Shown: positions 24,080 through 37,130, numbered from the whole stretch's first letter. The stretch is 62,650 bases of DNA, filler included, from Choristocarpus tenellus KU-1152 (GCA_964200185.2; 13 parts of 13 records of this genome joined end to end with filler, not necessarily neighbours in it), one strand, 5' to 3'. Numbers and translations: made by a program. The notes: generated from the letters alone by a model not told the origin.

Positions 24080-26760
24080 GCGTTACATCGATTTGAGGGG
24101 GGAGTCCCAATATAGGCGGCCGTCGGTTACAGAAGGCGTACTTCGAGAAGAGCGGAGTACGGAGACACACGACACCTGCAACACCAGTTGAAGAAGGGTG
24201 GAGAGGTGGTCGAGTCTGAGGATGGAGATGACAGAGGGGCGGTTAGCAGAACCGCGCAACAGGGGGTACCAACAGGTCAAAGATCAAGACAACTGATTCC
24301 ATTGCCATCAAAAATGTTTTCAAGGTCTACGGTGGCAATGATGATGGTGACGCTGACGGATTTTGCTATGGGGGGCTAAGAGAAAAATTATTTCGTGTGC
24401 TGCCATGGGGGGCTGGAAGGATACACGCTGTTATCTGATGATCACGTCAGGGTCCGCAGCGATATATGCTTGGACGCGTCAAGATGGTCTGAACGTGAAA
24501 TAGACAAAAAGGCTCGTACGGAATATGGCGATGGCTGCTCTGGTGATGGCTTTGGATGGGCTCGCGGAAAAAAAAAAGTGGCAAGCAATCACGACAGTCC
24601 TTCCGAAGCTTACCAAGCCTTAAGGAACCACTTTGGGAGAAGCGGTGAATCACTGAAAGGGCTAATATGATATCGAAGCTTATTTCGTTACATTTACCTG
24701 CTGGTGAGGATCCATCTACAGTCCATCTTGGAACTGGATAGCACAGTGAAGAAAGTGCGATCCCTGGATGATGAACCCAGTGAAGAGGAGCAATTCAGCG
24801 CCATGCACAATAGATTGACCGATAAATACTTCATTGAGATTTGCCAGGTCACAGGTTACGGTAGGGCAGCAAGGATGGATCTACAGCAGAGAGAGTTTGC
24901 GAAACGCATCAACTTCGTAACCGACAGCGTAACCGACAGCGTAACCGACAGCGTAACCGACAGCGTAACCGACAGCGTGAACAAAGAATGGGAAATAACG
25001 GTGGTGCATTGATGGTTCGAGGTCCCCATTCGAGAAATGGAACTACTGGTTTTGAGAAGGATCGGCAGCCAAGACGTGTGTGGAGTGCTGGAAGTGCGGA
25101 GGACTGAGGACTACACTTTCAATCTTCTTGTCCTACCGTTGTTTCGTCCCGCTCTGCATCTTATACAGGTTCTTGTTATGTCTGTGGAGAACAAGTACAC
25201 AAGGCTTACAGTTGTCCCAAACGCGCTGGTAGTGGTTTGGGAGGGAGTATATGGTCAAGGATCGTCTGGACAAGATCCACAAAGGGAGAAGAAGAATGGC
25301 AAAGGGAAGGAGAGTGGCAATGCAAGCAACACTGGTGAAGCTGGTGATGGTGAACAGAAAGCTAATGATACACCAGTTGAGCTTCGAGGATTCTCATCGG
25401 TAAGCAATGATGGAAGTATTGCAGAAGTGGATGATCAACTTTGGTCCTTTGACAGCGGGTGCTCAATTCATATGAAAAATAATCCTACTGCTCTCTGATA
25501 GATCCAAAACCAGTGGTAGGGACACCGGTGACTGTTGGGGATGGAAAGGTTCTACAAGTTTCAGCCATAGGTAATTTGTCACTATCTTGCGTACAGAATG
25601 GAGAAGTTTCAAACTTCATCTTGCACAATGTGTCATTTGTTCCTGGGTTAAAACTTAATCTCTTCTCAATGATACCAGCGGGGGAACAATCAGTTGGAGA
25701 ATTATATTAGAAAGGGGAAAATTCTTTGCGATTAACCCCTTCTTCTGGAGGACCTGGATTGGAATTTGTGAAGACAAGTGGGAAGAATTATGAATTGTTT
25801 AAATTGAAAGCTAATCGAAGAAGGTTCTTGACAATTCCTGACCTGCCCTCAAGACAACCACCTGAAGTACCTGACATGACAAAGAGGATTGTGTCAGGAC
25901 TAGTTCTAGCCGAGGGGGAGGCAAGAACTGACGCACTCGCCCTGACAAGGGCTGGAGGAGATACCGTCACAGGTGGGAAATCTGAGGAGACTGCAATGTC
26001 AGAGGAGGATGTTGCAGCGACAGGAGTTAATACTCTTGAGGGGGTTTCAGGAGATGCCATCGACCCAGGGGGAACTGTTGAGGAGGAGAGGCCTACCTCA
26101 AAGGTGGCTGGAATGGATGTTGATCTGGAGCGATCGACTGGAGCAAACGCAACATCAGAGTAGGATGTTGTGGCATCTGATAACCTCGACCAGGAAGGGG
26201 TTAAAAGATTCGATTTTGCACAGGATGAGGCTGGAGGTATCGACCTAACCCACATTGGGGTTAGAGATTTCGATCTCGCCCTTGAGGGGTGTGGAGGAAT
26301 GATGTTGGAGGCTACTATATCAGTGGAGGATGAAGTGGCGATGAGTACACTTTCCCCTGAGGGGTTAAAGTTAATGCCATTGTCCCAGAGGGGATTGTTG
26401 GGGGGGAGGGACCTACCCCAAAGATGGCACCGCCAGAGTTTGATCCAGGGGGGTCAACTAGTCCGAAAGCAACGTCAGAGGAGGATGTTGTAGCATTTGA
26501 TGAGCTTGCCAAGGGTGGGGCTGGAGTATCCGTCACTGCCCCATGGGGGCTGAGTGGGGGAATGAGACCCACTAGGAGTATGGACATACATCAAATGCAT
26601 CATCAGCTGGGTCATTGCCATGAGGCAATGGCACACAGGTACGCCAAGGAACGTGGGATCAATCTCACTGGAGAGTGGCAACAATATTGCAAGGGGTGCA
26701 CTATTGGCAACGCTCATTGGAAACCAGTACCCAACACAACAGATAGATAAATAGTCAACA
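24080..26760 (+). mobile_element. Degenerate Ty1/copia gag-pol (gag, protease, GAG-pre-integrase)
   Basis: CYVCGEQVHKAYSC knuckle (~25173-25215); WSFDSGCSIHM protease; LHNVSFVPGLKLNLFS; HHQLGH...CKGC HHCC domain. Confidence 0.9.
24916..24978 (+). repeat. 12-bp tandem repeat (CGTAACCGACAG)x5 within gag
   Basis: Direct inspection. Confidence 0.95.
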
Positions 26761-27174
26761 CACGTGACTGTGTTTGGGAACCTTATTCTGTCCTCCAAGA
26801 TTCCATCTAACCCTAACCCTAACCTTATTCTGTCTCTGGGATTAACAAGATTGGGGATGGAATCTTGGAGGACAGAATAAGGCTCCCAAACACAGTCACG
26901 CGTGTTGACTATTTATCTATCTGTTGTGTTGGGTACTGGTTTCCAATGAGCGTTGCCAATAGTGCACCCCTTGCAATATTGTTGCCACTCTCCAGTGAGA
27001 TTGATCCCATGTTCCTTGGCGTACCTGTGTGCCATTGCCTCATGGCAATGACCCAGCTGATGATGCATTTGATGTATGTCCATACTCCTAGTGGATCTCA
27101 TTCCCCCACTCAGCCCCCATGGGGCAGTGACAAATATTCCAGCCCCACCCTGGGCGAGCTCATCAAATGCTACA
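26489..27174. repeat. 319-bp inverted duplication with a 48-bp spacer containing (TAACCC)n
   Basis: 26489-26807 is the near-identical reverse complement of 26856-27174; twin ORFs appear on opposite strands. Confidence 0.95.
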
Positions 27175-27420
27175 TCCTCATTAAGCATCACAATACAACC
27201 TGAAATAGACAATCTACTGTCTTTACAGTTAGCATAATCAGCATCTGTATAGCCAATTAACTGATCCCTTGGTCCCTTACCATACAGTCCAAAAATCACC
27301 GAAAACAATTCCATTCTCTTTAGTACCCAATAGGTACCCAATAGGTACCCAATCACTCTCCTAGTGTTCCAACCAATCAGACCAACTTGGATTCTCCACA
27401 CAAAATACTAGTTAGTGTAT
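27175..27420 (-). mobile_element. Ty1/copia RT-RNase H junction fragment
   Basis: RRVIGYLLGT...LIGYTDADYANCKDSRLSISGCIVML. Confidence 0.85.
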
Positions 27421-27784
27421 CCATGGGCAAAACATGGGACGGAACAGCAAAATATTCTCGGGCGTAAAATAGAAGTGTTAAGAAGTATTAAGAAGTGAAC
27501 AAACACCTCGCATTAGAGGTACGCATTGCCATACAGAGAGCAAAGCCCAACTCCTATTGTTGGTACCATCTGGGAAGACATGATTCAAAACAACCACTGA
27601 TGTTCGTATCCCCAGTACTTACACTGCATGTGGATGATTTATACTAAGTACAAAGAAGTCACTCTCATTGCCCTGACCCTAGACCTAGACCTAACCCTAA
27701 CCTCCATCAGGAGACGAAGGGAGGGAAGGAGACAATGCAACGTCTGACTATCGACACCCTGACCCATTTTGATTTACTTGCTTG

Positions 27785-27935
27785 GAAGAACTTGGTACAT
27801 GGTACATCTTTGAACCTTTTCAGAGAACTAGCTGTATCTTCAAACCTTAGGAAGAACTTGGTACATATTTTAACCTTTTCAGAGAACTAGCTATATCTTC
27901 AAACCTCAGGAAGAACTTGGTACATCCTTAACCCT
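27785..27935. repeat. About 57-66 bp tandem repeat, about 2.5 copies
   Basis: GAAGAACTTGGTACAT...AACCTTTTCAGAGAACTAGCT(G/A)TATCTTCAAACCT recurs. Confidence 0.8.
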
Positions 27936-28445
27936 TCCCGACGATATTGAACCAGATAACCAAATAACCAGATAAAATACAGTCACCACCAGTTCTTGCT
28001 AGAGACAGGCTCTTGGTTCTTGGGAGTTGACTGGTGAACAACTATATTAGGGAAGGAGTCTACTAATGTGTAATAGACATACACAAAAATAAACAACCCT
28101 AACCCTCAGAATCACAAACAAGCAAGGCGCTTTATCATAGAAAATAAACAGAAAAGGGTAAATAATATATATAATAGTAACAAAATGGTATATAATATAC
28201 ATAATAGTAAAAAAATGTGCACACAGAACCTCTCACTGAAAATACAAAAAAGAATGTCCCTATTGTGTGGAGAGTACGATATCCATACAATTAAATAAGA
28301 AAAGCAAAAATTGTAAAAACGCTTGCATAAATGGAAAGATTCAAACAGACATCAAATATATTACAAAACCCCAAGAAGAAACCAGCGGCCCACAGCACCC
28401 CCATGATGCATAAATTCAGTGCCAATAGTACAAGTACTGCATTAA

Positions 28446-28997
28446 TTAATACAATATATTGATAACAATCATTGTGATAACGATTACGACATCACTGATT
28501 TTATCAATCACCATCGTGTCTAGCCCCATTCCCTCGCCCAGGTTGGCCAAGACATTCAAGGCTGATCCTTTTCTTCGGGGGGCATCCTTTCTCTTGTAGG
28601 CCTCCCTAGCTTTCTGCAACTCCATGTTTCTTGACAGACACCTCCAGTTCATGGTAGCATACAATATATACAAACATTAAAAAAAGGAGTGGGCATGAAA
28701 TGAATGCATACCATCATATACACTACTGTGTACCTATTAATGGTGGAATAGTCTAAGTTATCTCGTGTCTGCTAAAGGATTATGGACTTGATTATGGACT
28801 TGATTATGGACCATTGCTAGTAGTTGTTATCAAGTCAAGGCAAGTCGTCGTGACACACCCACCCATCTCGGACCCAAAGACTCTCCCATTCTCTTCAGAT
28901 CCTCCCCACTGCGCTGATTTTTATGGGGAGGACCTCCCCAGTCCCTAAAGTTGATCAAGGAAGAATATACTCTTCACTTCTGTACTAGGAACTGCTC

Positions 28998-29048
<51 letters not shown>

Positions 29049-29289
29049 ACAACTAATGTGTGTGCTCCAACCTTCTCGAGTGGACTGTCTATCTATATCT
29101 TGTACACATGTGAGTCACTAATTCCCTACACACTCCTCCACGCATTGTGTGTGTGTCCCTAACCCTAACTGCTATCACGATGTCAATAGATGTCACTAAC
29201 CCTAACCCTAACGGACAAACCTTAGCACCTTCAAAACACTCCCCTATTCAAACCTGTCACCAAGAAACATAGTTCAAGTTACTCTGCTA

Positions 29290-29354
<65 letters not shown>

Positions 29355-29416
29355 TCCTACTACTGTTGCTATTAATATCACCTTGCAGCAGATGCAGTAA
29401 GGTCCTCAAAGTACAC
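28446..29416 (-). CDS. Unknown protein, putative 3' exons 29416-29382, 28944-28863, 28613-28446
   Basis: Phase-consistent AG/GT chain: VYFEDLTASAAR DWGGPPHKNQRSGEDLKRMGESLGPRW KAREAYKRKDAPRRKG...IVINILY*; no recognised domain. Confidence 0.4.
29002..29048. repeat. (CT)n(GT)n microsatellite
   Basis: Direct inspection. Confidence 0.95.
29290..29353. repeat. (ATT)n microsatellite
   Basis: Direct inspection. Confidence 0.95.
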
Positions 29417-29780
29417 CTGGAACATGTCTGCTATCCAACCAGGTGAACCTTCCCACTGGGCCAACTTTGGGTTAGGTTTCGTTCCCTGACCACCAAGTAC
29501 CAAGTGTTTTCGCGTCGCTTGGACTAATTCCCTGCAGGTGTGGGTGGGGTTCAACTTAGGGGGCCAGTTTGAGAGTGGTGGACCAGGCTGGTTCAGGTTG
29601 GCAAACTAGTTTTGTAGATTGNNNNNNNNNNNNNNNNNNNNNNNNNNNNNNNNNNNNNNNNNNNNTTAATTAATTAANNNNNNNNNNNNNNNNNNNNNNN
29701 NNNNNNNNNNNNNNNNNNNNNCATTCTTAGATTGTTTCTTCTACAGAATCTTCTTTTACACATGAATAAAAAGCATATCC

Positions 29781-30227
29781 TTAACAGTCCCCATCGCCTT
29801 CAGAGTTGTGTGCCGAAGTTGCGATTGCATGCCTTCCCCATGGTAGAGTCCTGCTTCCCGTACCTACTGCAGGGCTAGGTGTGGATACATTTTCAGCTAC
29901 TGGTGTCTTCACAAGTGCAAAATTGACGAGGGTGGACAGTTGGTCCACAAGGAGTTTGATCCGATCCGGATCTAGCTTATCTCCAAGGGCGGTGCATGTG
30001 ATTACGAGGCCTCCTGGCCGGGTTTGTAGAAGGGTGACTTCTCTCTCATAAGCGGCGCTTGTTTCGGACCTGAACTTGTCAAGGTCGTGCTCGGACGTGT
30101 CGTTTTTATCCGGCGTGATCACAATGTTTGTGACTCTTGTGATCTCTGTGATGGTGGAGGAGTAGGCAAAGGACGTGGCAAAGTACGGGTTAAAACGACG
30201 GGGAGAGGTGTTAGTGTTAGGAGGCAA
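29781..30227 (-). CDS. Orphan 148-aa ORF, function unknown
   Basis: Uninterrupted ORF with globular-looking composition (DLDKFRSETSAAYEREVTLL...DRIKLLVDQLSTLVNF); non-ATG start; no motif recognised. Confidence 0.3.
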   Translation of the reverse strand: MPPNTNTSPRRFNPYFATSFAYSSTITEITRVTNIVITPDKNDTSEHDLDKFRSETSAAYEREVTLLQTRPGGLVITCTALGDKLDPDRIKLLVDQLSTLVNFALVKTPVAENVSTPSPAVGTGSRTLPWGRHAIATSAHNSEGDGDC

Positions 30228-30430
30228 GGGACGGTATAGAGGTTGGTGAGAAGGAGTAAGCGAGGCGGGATACAGAGGAGGAGACAGGGACTGAGGAAAG
30301 GATGGATTGGTTGGAGTACATGCGGTTCGTTAAACTTGGGCGAATTATTCAAGCCCATTACACAGGAAGACAAATAGGGCTGGTAACATAGGGTGAAGAG
30401 GATGGGTATAGGACTAGCATGTAACCGCGT

Positions 30431-30870
30431 ATTCCTGAGCAGCAAACATTACGTCCAATCTAGAAAGTGGAGAGTGAATATGAAAGGAAATTACGCACCG
30501 ACCCGAGTTAGATGTCGGGAGGGCAACCATGCACAGGTTTATGCTTGACATATGGCAGACAGTGATGAGTGAGTTTCATGTGTTCTGTCGAACGGTAAAG
30601 GCCATCAATATCCAAGACGCGGCGAAACTGTTGGGGTGTGTGTGTGTGTCGATTTGAAACAGTAATCCTGAGCAGGAAAGCATAACGTCGAATCTCGAAA
30701 GTGAAAGGTGAAGATGAAAGGAATATACGCACCAACTCGAGTTACATGTCGGGAGGGCAACCATGCACAGGTTTATGCTTGACATATGGCAGACAGTGAT
30801 GAATGAGTTTCGTGTATTCTGTCGAACGGTAAAGGCCATCAATATCGAAAACACGGCAATATTATTGGGG
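30431..30870. repeat. Tandem duplication, period about 234 bp
   Basis: GTCGGGAGGGCAACCATGCACAGGTTTATGCTTGACATATGGCAGACAGTGATG occurs twice. Confidence 0.9.
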
Positions 30871-31252
30871 GAGTGTTAGTCCATTCCCAATGTGAACCTA
30901 TTGGAAATGTTCCAACTGTATCGAAGCCCTTACTTGTGCGTATCGAAGGTGTCACCACGTCACCCCGGACAGACGGATGCTATCGTGTGTGAAATTGCAT
31001 TGTGGAATCTTGCTTTTAATTCGGATCAGTTGTCTCATTACTCTCAACATAGGTGACTGCAACATATGTTCCAATTTCGGAAAAAAAGTTCGGTCGAATT
31101 CGCTGTAGCCATTTCAGATTAAAGCAGTTGGATTGATTCTATGTTGGTTGACGTGTGCAATGCGAGGTGAAATCTATAAATGGCGGATTGGGGTTAATGT
31201 TGAAAATATGGGTGTTTTTTTTTGTTAGGATTAGGGTTGATATCATGGGTGC

Positions 31253-31500
31253 TAGTCGACATATCGTAGGGGTAGGGCCGCGTCCATTTGGCGGCCGAAT
31301 TCAAATGTCGCATTTGAACTGTAATTCTTCCCATCTTTTCATTGTTTGGAGATGTCAATGTCCTTTTTCCGGACGCTCCTTCCCATAGTGTAGAGATTGC
31401 ACTTATCGAAAACAATTTAGAGTAGGTACAATGCCATTCAAAACGAATGGGCAGCCAAGACCCAAAGGACAACCGGCGAAAACATCGTTCCCTGTAACAT
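31253..31500 (+). mobile_element. Highly diverged MITE-A-like sequence
   Basis: GGGTAGGGCCGCGTCCATTTG, GATGTCAAT, GAGTAGGTA and GCAGCCAAGACCCAAAGGACAA are collinear with family A. Confidence 0.55.
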
Positions 31501-31504
31501 AGAA

Positions 31505-32970
31505 GATCGGATCTGAAAAAGCTGGTGTTACCACTGCTGGCAGCTGGGGGTGTGTACACGGCTGTACAGGCAATGAATATAGGGCATCGGATTTGAAAAT
31601 GTTCGCGACACCACCGTCTGAAGCTGGTGAGTACACGCTTATAAAGGCAGCAAGTACAGGGTATCCAATTTGAAAATGCTGGTACAACCACTGCTGGTGG
31701 CTGATGTGTACACGGTTGCAAATGAAAAAAATACAGGGCATCGAATCTGAAAATGTTGGTATTACCTCTGCTGGGAGCTGGTGCGTACACGGTTGCAAGT
31801 GACAAAAAAAGAGGGCATCGAATCCGAAAATGTAGGTATTACCACTGCTGACAGCTGATATGTACGGTTGGAAAGGTGACAAATACAGGGTACTAAATTT
31901 GTCAATGTTGATGTTACTGGCATTGACAGGTGGGGTGTACACGGCTGGAAGCGCAAATAAATACAGGGCATCGAATCCGAAAATGTTGGTATTACCACTG
32001 CTGGGGGCTGGTGTGTACACAGTTGCAAATGAAAAAAATACAGGGCATCGAATCCGAAAATGTTGGTATTACCACTGCTGACAGCTGGTGAGTATGGTTG
32101 GAAAGGTGACAAATAAAGGGTATTGAATTTGTCAATGTTGGTCATACTGGCATTGACAGGTGGTGTGTACATGGCTGGAAGCGCAAATTAATACAGAGCA
32201 TCGAATCTGAAAATGTTGGTATTATCACTGCTGGGAGCTGGTGTGTACACGGTTGCAAGTGACAAAAAAACAGGGCATCGAATCGGTCAATGTTGGTATT
32301 ACCACTGCTGAGAGCTGGTATGTACGGTTGGAAAGGTGACGAATACAGGGTACTAAATTTGTCAATGTTGATGTTACTGGCATTGACAGGTGATGTGTAC
32401 ACAGCTGGAAACGCAAATAAATACAGGGCATCGAATCTGAAAATGTTGGTATTACCACTGCTGGCGGCTGGTGTGTACATGGTTGGAAAATAAATAAATA
32501 CATAGCATCGAATCTGAAAATGTAGGTGTTGCCACTGCTGACAGGCGGTGTGTACACGGTTGGAAACACAAATAAATACAGGGCACCGAATCTGTCAATG
32601 TTGGTATTATCACTGCTGGCAGCTGATGTGCACACAGTTGCAAGTGAACAAAAAAAGAGGGCATCAAATCTGACAATGCTGGTATTAACACTGCCGACAG
32701 TCAGTGTATACGGTTATAAAGGTGACAAATACAGGTTACTGAATTTGTCAATGTTGGTGTTACTATCATTGACAGGTGGTGTGTACACGGTTGGAAACGG
32801 AAATAAATCCAGGGCATCAAATCTGAAAATGTAGGTGTTACCACTGCTGACAGGTGATGCGTACACGGTCGGAAACGCAACTAAATACAGGGTGTCGGGT
32901 TTATGTATATTGGTGACACCATCATCTGCAGCTGGTGTGTACACGGTTGTAAGGTAAAAAATACAGCAAC
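31505..32970. repeat. Satellite array, 75-78 bp monomer, about 19 copies
   Basis: AGGGCATCGAATCTGAAAATGTTGGTATTACCACTGCTG...GTGTACACGGTTG recurs every ~77 bp. Confidence 0.95.
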
Positions 32971-33611
32971 TTGGGTGCACTATCATGTCAGTCACATGCT
33001 AATACATGCTACGTGAATGAACAATAGTCGCAACATCTGCCAAAGGTGCTAAATCATGATGGTATGTTTGCGATATTGGTCATTCAGAGACGCCCCAATG
33101 TAGGCTGCACGAGGGGTGAACGTTTCTTGTATGGGGACTCACCTTCTGGTTCCCTTTGGAGGCATTGCGGCGTTCGGTGGTTGGACTAAGCCTCTCAGTG
33201 GATTGCGGGATGTCTGCATTGGGTGGGCACGTTCGAAATGGGACAGGACAAACAAAAGGAAGGAGAGAGAGAAAATGCTTTGCGCATGGAGTCAGGCCCA
33301 GAGAGGATGGCATGTTGCGGTCGGTTCACATCATCCTCCAGCCGTACGCACCTGATCGCCTTGCACGAAGTTGAAGTCTTTTCGTCTTTTACCTTCCGAA
33401 ACACCCGATATTCAGCGTCACATACAACGCACAGGGTTAGCCACAGACGACCCCGATTCTCACGGAAGGGCTATTTTTTTTCGATTACAGTAGGTATCCN
33501 NNNNNNNNNNNNNNNNNNNNNNNNNNNNNNNNNNNNNNNNNNNTTAATTAATTAANNNNNNNNNNNNNNNNNNNNNNNNNNNNNNNNNNNNNNNNNNNNT
33601 TTTGTGGTGTT

Positions 33612-33654
<43 letters not shown>

Positions 33655-34327
33655 TAAGGAGGGAATGCCCCCGCCCCCCCTCCCCTCCCAAAAATAAAAA
33701 AAGTCTCTCATACGTGAACAAGAAGAGAGGTAGAGGCAGGCACCCTGTCCATCAGCAAAGAGTCTCTGTGGGCCTATTATATGTGGGCAACAACCAATCC
33801 AATTACATCAAAGATCTCGGATGGTCCCTTGTTAACTCCCAGTTGAGTGTTTCCTCCGTTCAAATCTCTCACTAATGGAACGGACTCCATACCCGTCATT
33901 CTGCACAGGTATGTAAGGCGGTGGATGACGCGGAGGATTTGAGGGAAACACATTTTTTTTTTTGAACTAGATAAAAAAACACACACACACACACATTTTT
34001 ATGTACCCCGTGTGTTGCGAGAAAATATTTATTTTTTTCCGGCAAAGACACGCCTTCCAAAGAGAGGAGGGCTTTACGCAGCCATCCCCCCCCATCCCCC
34101 CGAAAATTAAATAAATAAATATCATTGAACACACCGACGTCGGTCCTGCCCCATGACCCTCTCGCAGTCAGCATGTCAGTTGGTTGCTGTTCAGTTGACA
34201 CCAGCGTGGTGTCACTTCATCATCTTCACTCTCTGTGAACTTACCTCAACTTGCCTCAACTTACCTGCAAAACAATGCACACCTCAAGCAAACACACTCG
34301 TGCAACCTGCAACGCCCTTGTCTGCTC

Positions 34328-34407
34328 ACCTACCCTCCTGCCTACCCACCTACCCACCTGCCCACCTGCCTGCCTGCCTGCCCGCCCACCTACCCGCCTG
34401 CCTGCCT
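34328..34407. repeat. CCTG/CCCA/CCTA tetranucleotide microsatellite
   Basis: Direct inspection. Confidence 0.85.
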
Positions 34408-34446
34408 GTGTGTCAGAAGGTTCTTCCCTCTTTCCTCATTCCTTAC

Positions 34447-36961
34447 CTTGGCTGATCCCTAGAGATGGATAGTGTTACCTCCTTCAGGTCCACCGCCGCC
34501 GAAAAAGTCCGCGCCATCCTTGACAACACCTTCACAAAAATAACATATATATATAGTATATATATATATTTCTTTTTTAATGTAAAATGTAGCTTGTTAC
34601 GGAAGATTTTGATATACCAGAAACTGAGAGTGAGGTAGACGTAACAGTTGTTCCAGAGGGCAGAGCCCGGGAAGGGGGGGCGGGGGGGACTTAGTAACAA
34701 TTTCGTCTGAAGAAAAAAAAAATTGACTTGGAACATTGTGTATGGTGTTGTACAGCTTCCCGGTTCAGCTCTGCTCAAGGCCATTCAGTGACCGTTTTGG
34801 GATCCCTTCTCACTCAAAACATTGAAGAACTAGATTGTTTCAAACAATTCAGTACACACACACACGCGCACACGCACACAAGCGTTCTCACTCCTCAGAG
34901 TGTTGCCATCTGGTCTGGCATTGAAACAGTTATTAGCCGGGCGCACCTCAAACAAGCAACAAGCATACACTACGTTCAAGGAAGAGCGCTAAAGCAATGC
35001 AGGCAGCAGTGCCTAACCCTAACCCTAACCCTAACCCTAACCCTAACCCTAACCCTAAGAGCCCAAAAGTAAAAAACTAACCCCCCTCTAAAATTGCAAC
35101 CAAATAAGAGCGGGCTAATAAACTTAAATATCAGTTTGACACCAAAACAAGAGGGAAACAAAAAAAAAAGTCACCTGGACTGCCAGCGTGCCAGGATTGA
35201 GTCCCCCTGTGTACAGAAACTCCCACACCCCATTGAGAGCCAAGGATGTAGCGGGGGCACTTGTCGGGTTCATGGGCTCCAGCTTCAGTAGGAGCTCATT
35301 CACTTTTGTCCTGAACATCGGCCGTTACATGCACCCCACGTTTGGAAGATACGTTTGGGAAGATAGAAAGTAAGGAGGCACGTTTGGACCACCAAGTACA
35401 ACTGGAACTTTTGAGTCATGATGCTACATTAGCGGGATAAATAGCCAGGACACTTTCTCATCGAGATCTTGCTGGGAGTTTTCAGGAGTTGGGCATAGTC
35501 ATTTCTTTGTGAGGGGTGTGCGTCTCCTTCATCACTGCAGGGTGCATGCATGGCAATGAAGGACTTTCATATCCACTACCCGTGGGAGGGGGTGGGGGCG
35601 TGGGCACTACATAGGAGCATCTTCGAAGAAATACTGAAGTTAGTGGGAATGGCCAGATGATGTTGATGCGACATATGTATCAACTTGTTCCTCTTAGTGA
35701 TTCTGCCAACAAAAGGACCCGAAAATGACTACATTATCTTAATGACACATTGGCACCCTCCTCAACACACATAGTTTGACAAATTCCACCATCATGCTGT
35801 CACAGGAAACAGGGTGGGTGCCCTGACATACTTGATTGGAGTGGAAATTGAGAACAAGATTTATGGAAGGGATATAATCTGATATGCATGCAGGATAATA
35901 CTTCACTGGACCACCATTAGAAAATAGACGGGAATCTAAGGGGCAGCACCATCATCATCATTGCATCCTCTAAATCCTACCACAACATTGTAGTGACAAT
36001 AGTGACAATACAAGGATATGGGATATCGACGAGGATCCTTGAGAATTGTTGGTCACTGGCCCAGCTAGCAGAAACTGGCAAAGAGATGTGTTCCATGCCA
36101 ATGAAGAGAGCGCCGTCGAAACCTCTGCAAAAAAGAGTACAGGCCTACATAGGTGCTGCAACTGCATGTACCCTAGTGTTCCTGGAAGTGAACTACTGTA
36201 AATAAACTTGATAATAATTCCACACAGCCGGACCCTCACCGTTCTCCCCCTACTTGTATACGTTGCCATCTAGACTGTGGCCTCAATATAGACGTCGAAC
36301 AGTGAATCTAGCATGTTCAAATAATCCGATGTTTGAGAAGAGATTGATACCTCACTCATTCTAACGGACAACTGAGCAGTCTCGCTCTAAAATCTCATGA
36401 TTGCCTTACAAATTCATCAGCTACAAAGGAAGACAATAGCCTTGTGGTCTATGTAGCGTACTTGGCAGGTGCTAGCGACAAAGCAGTGATAGCAAGCACA
36501 GCATGGAGCAGAATTGACACCAAATTTGGTCACTATCCTAGCCTATTACCGGCCGTAGCTAAATTCATGAGCTGAAGGTCTTCCCTACAATGCCATTCCC
36601 AACTGTACGCGCAATAGGGATGTTCCCCTTAGTGGTGAAGCTGATCAATGTTAGTACTTCTCAAGTGATACCCAAGCTCTCACCGTTTCTGACCAGACGT
36701 GGCGAGATCAATCTGACTGAGCAAGTCACTCTTTATCTGGAAATCATCAGCAACGATCTCCGTCGCCATCCCCATCATCCGGAGCGATTGCCGAGGAACA
36801 GTAGAGGAGGAAATCCTTGTGTTGAACGGCGACCTATTGGTAGAAACACAGGCTTTGCATATCCTGACAGCCGGTGTGGCTTGGGGGCAGAAGAACGCCG
36901 AGCCTATTCTTCCCCATCCTAATAGGGCGAAGAGAAGTATGTATCGATTTGAGGGGACCAT
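34447..36961 (-). CDS. Plastid lipid-associated protein / fibrillin family, 5' exons 36961-36684, 35310-35175, 34529-34447
   Basis: Signal peptide with GSA^FF and a transit peptide; IKSDLLSQI...RTKVNELLLKLEPMNPTSAPATSLALNGVWEFLYT (PAP_fibrillin LExxNPT...LNGxWxLxYT); splice phases 2, 0, 2. Confidence 0.85.
35012..35058. repeat. Interstitial telomere-type repeat (CCCTAA)x~8, intronic
   Basis: Direct inspection. Confidence 0.95.
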
Positions 36962-37130
36962 CTGGAAGGTGGAAGGAATGGTGGAAGGCTCACGTTCCTG
37001 TCCTACCTAGTCAGACAGAGTACGGGTTGCGCAAAAAGAGTCAGTTTGGGAGGGGGTTTCGAAGAGAAAAAATAAACAATTATGAGGATCTTCAAACACT
37101 CCACTATCATACATGTATTATTTTGGGCAT

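Noticed and set aside
31505-32970. CRISPR-like array
   Set aside because: Units are homologous along their whole length, with no unique spacers and no cas genes.
33777-33905. Phase-compatible fourth exon of the fibrillin gene
   Set aside because: Translation is not fibrillin-like and would truncate the domain; the real exon is probably beyond the gap.
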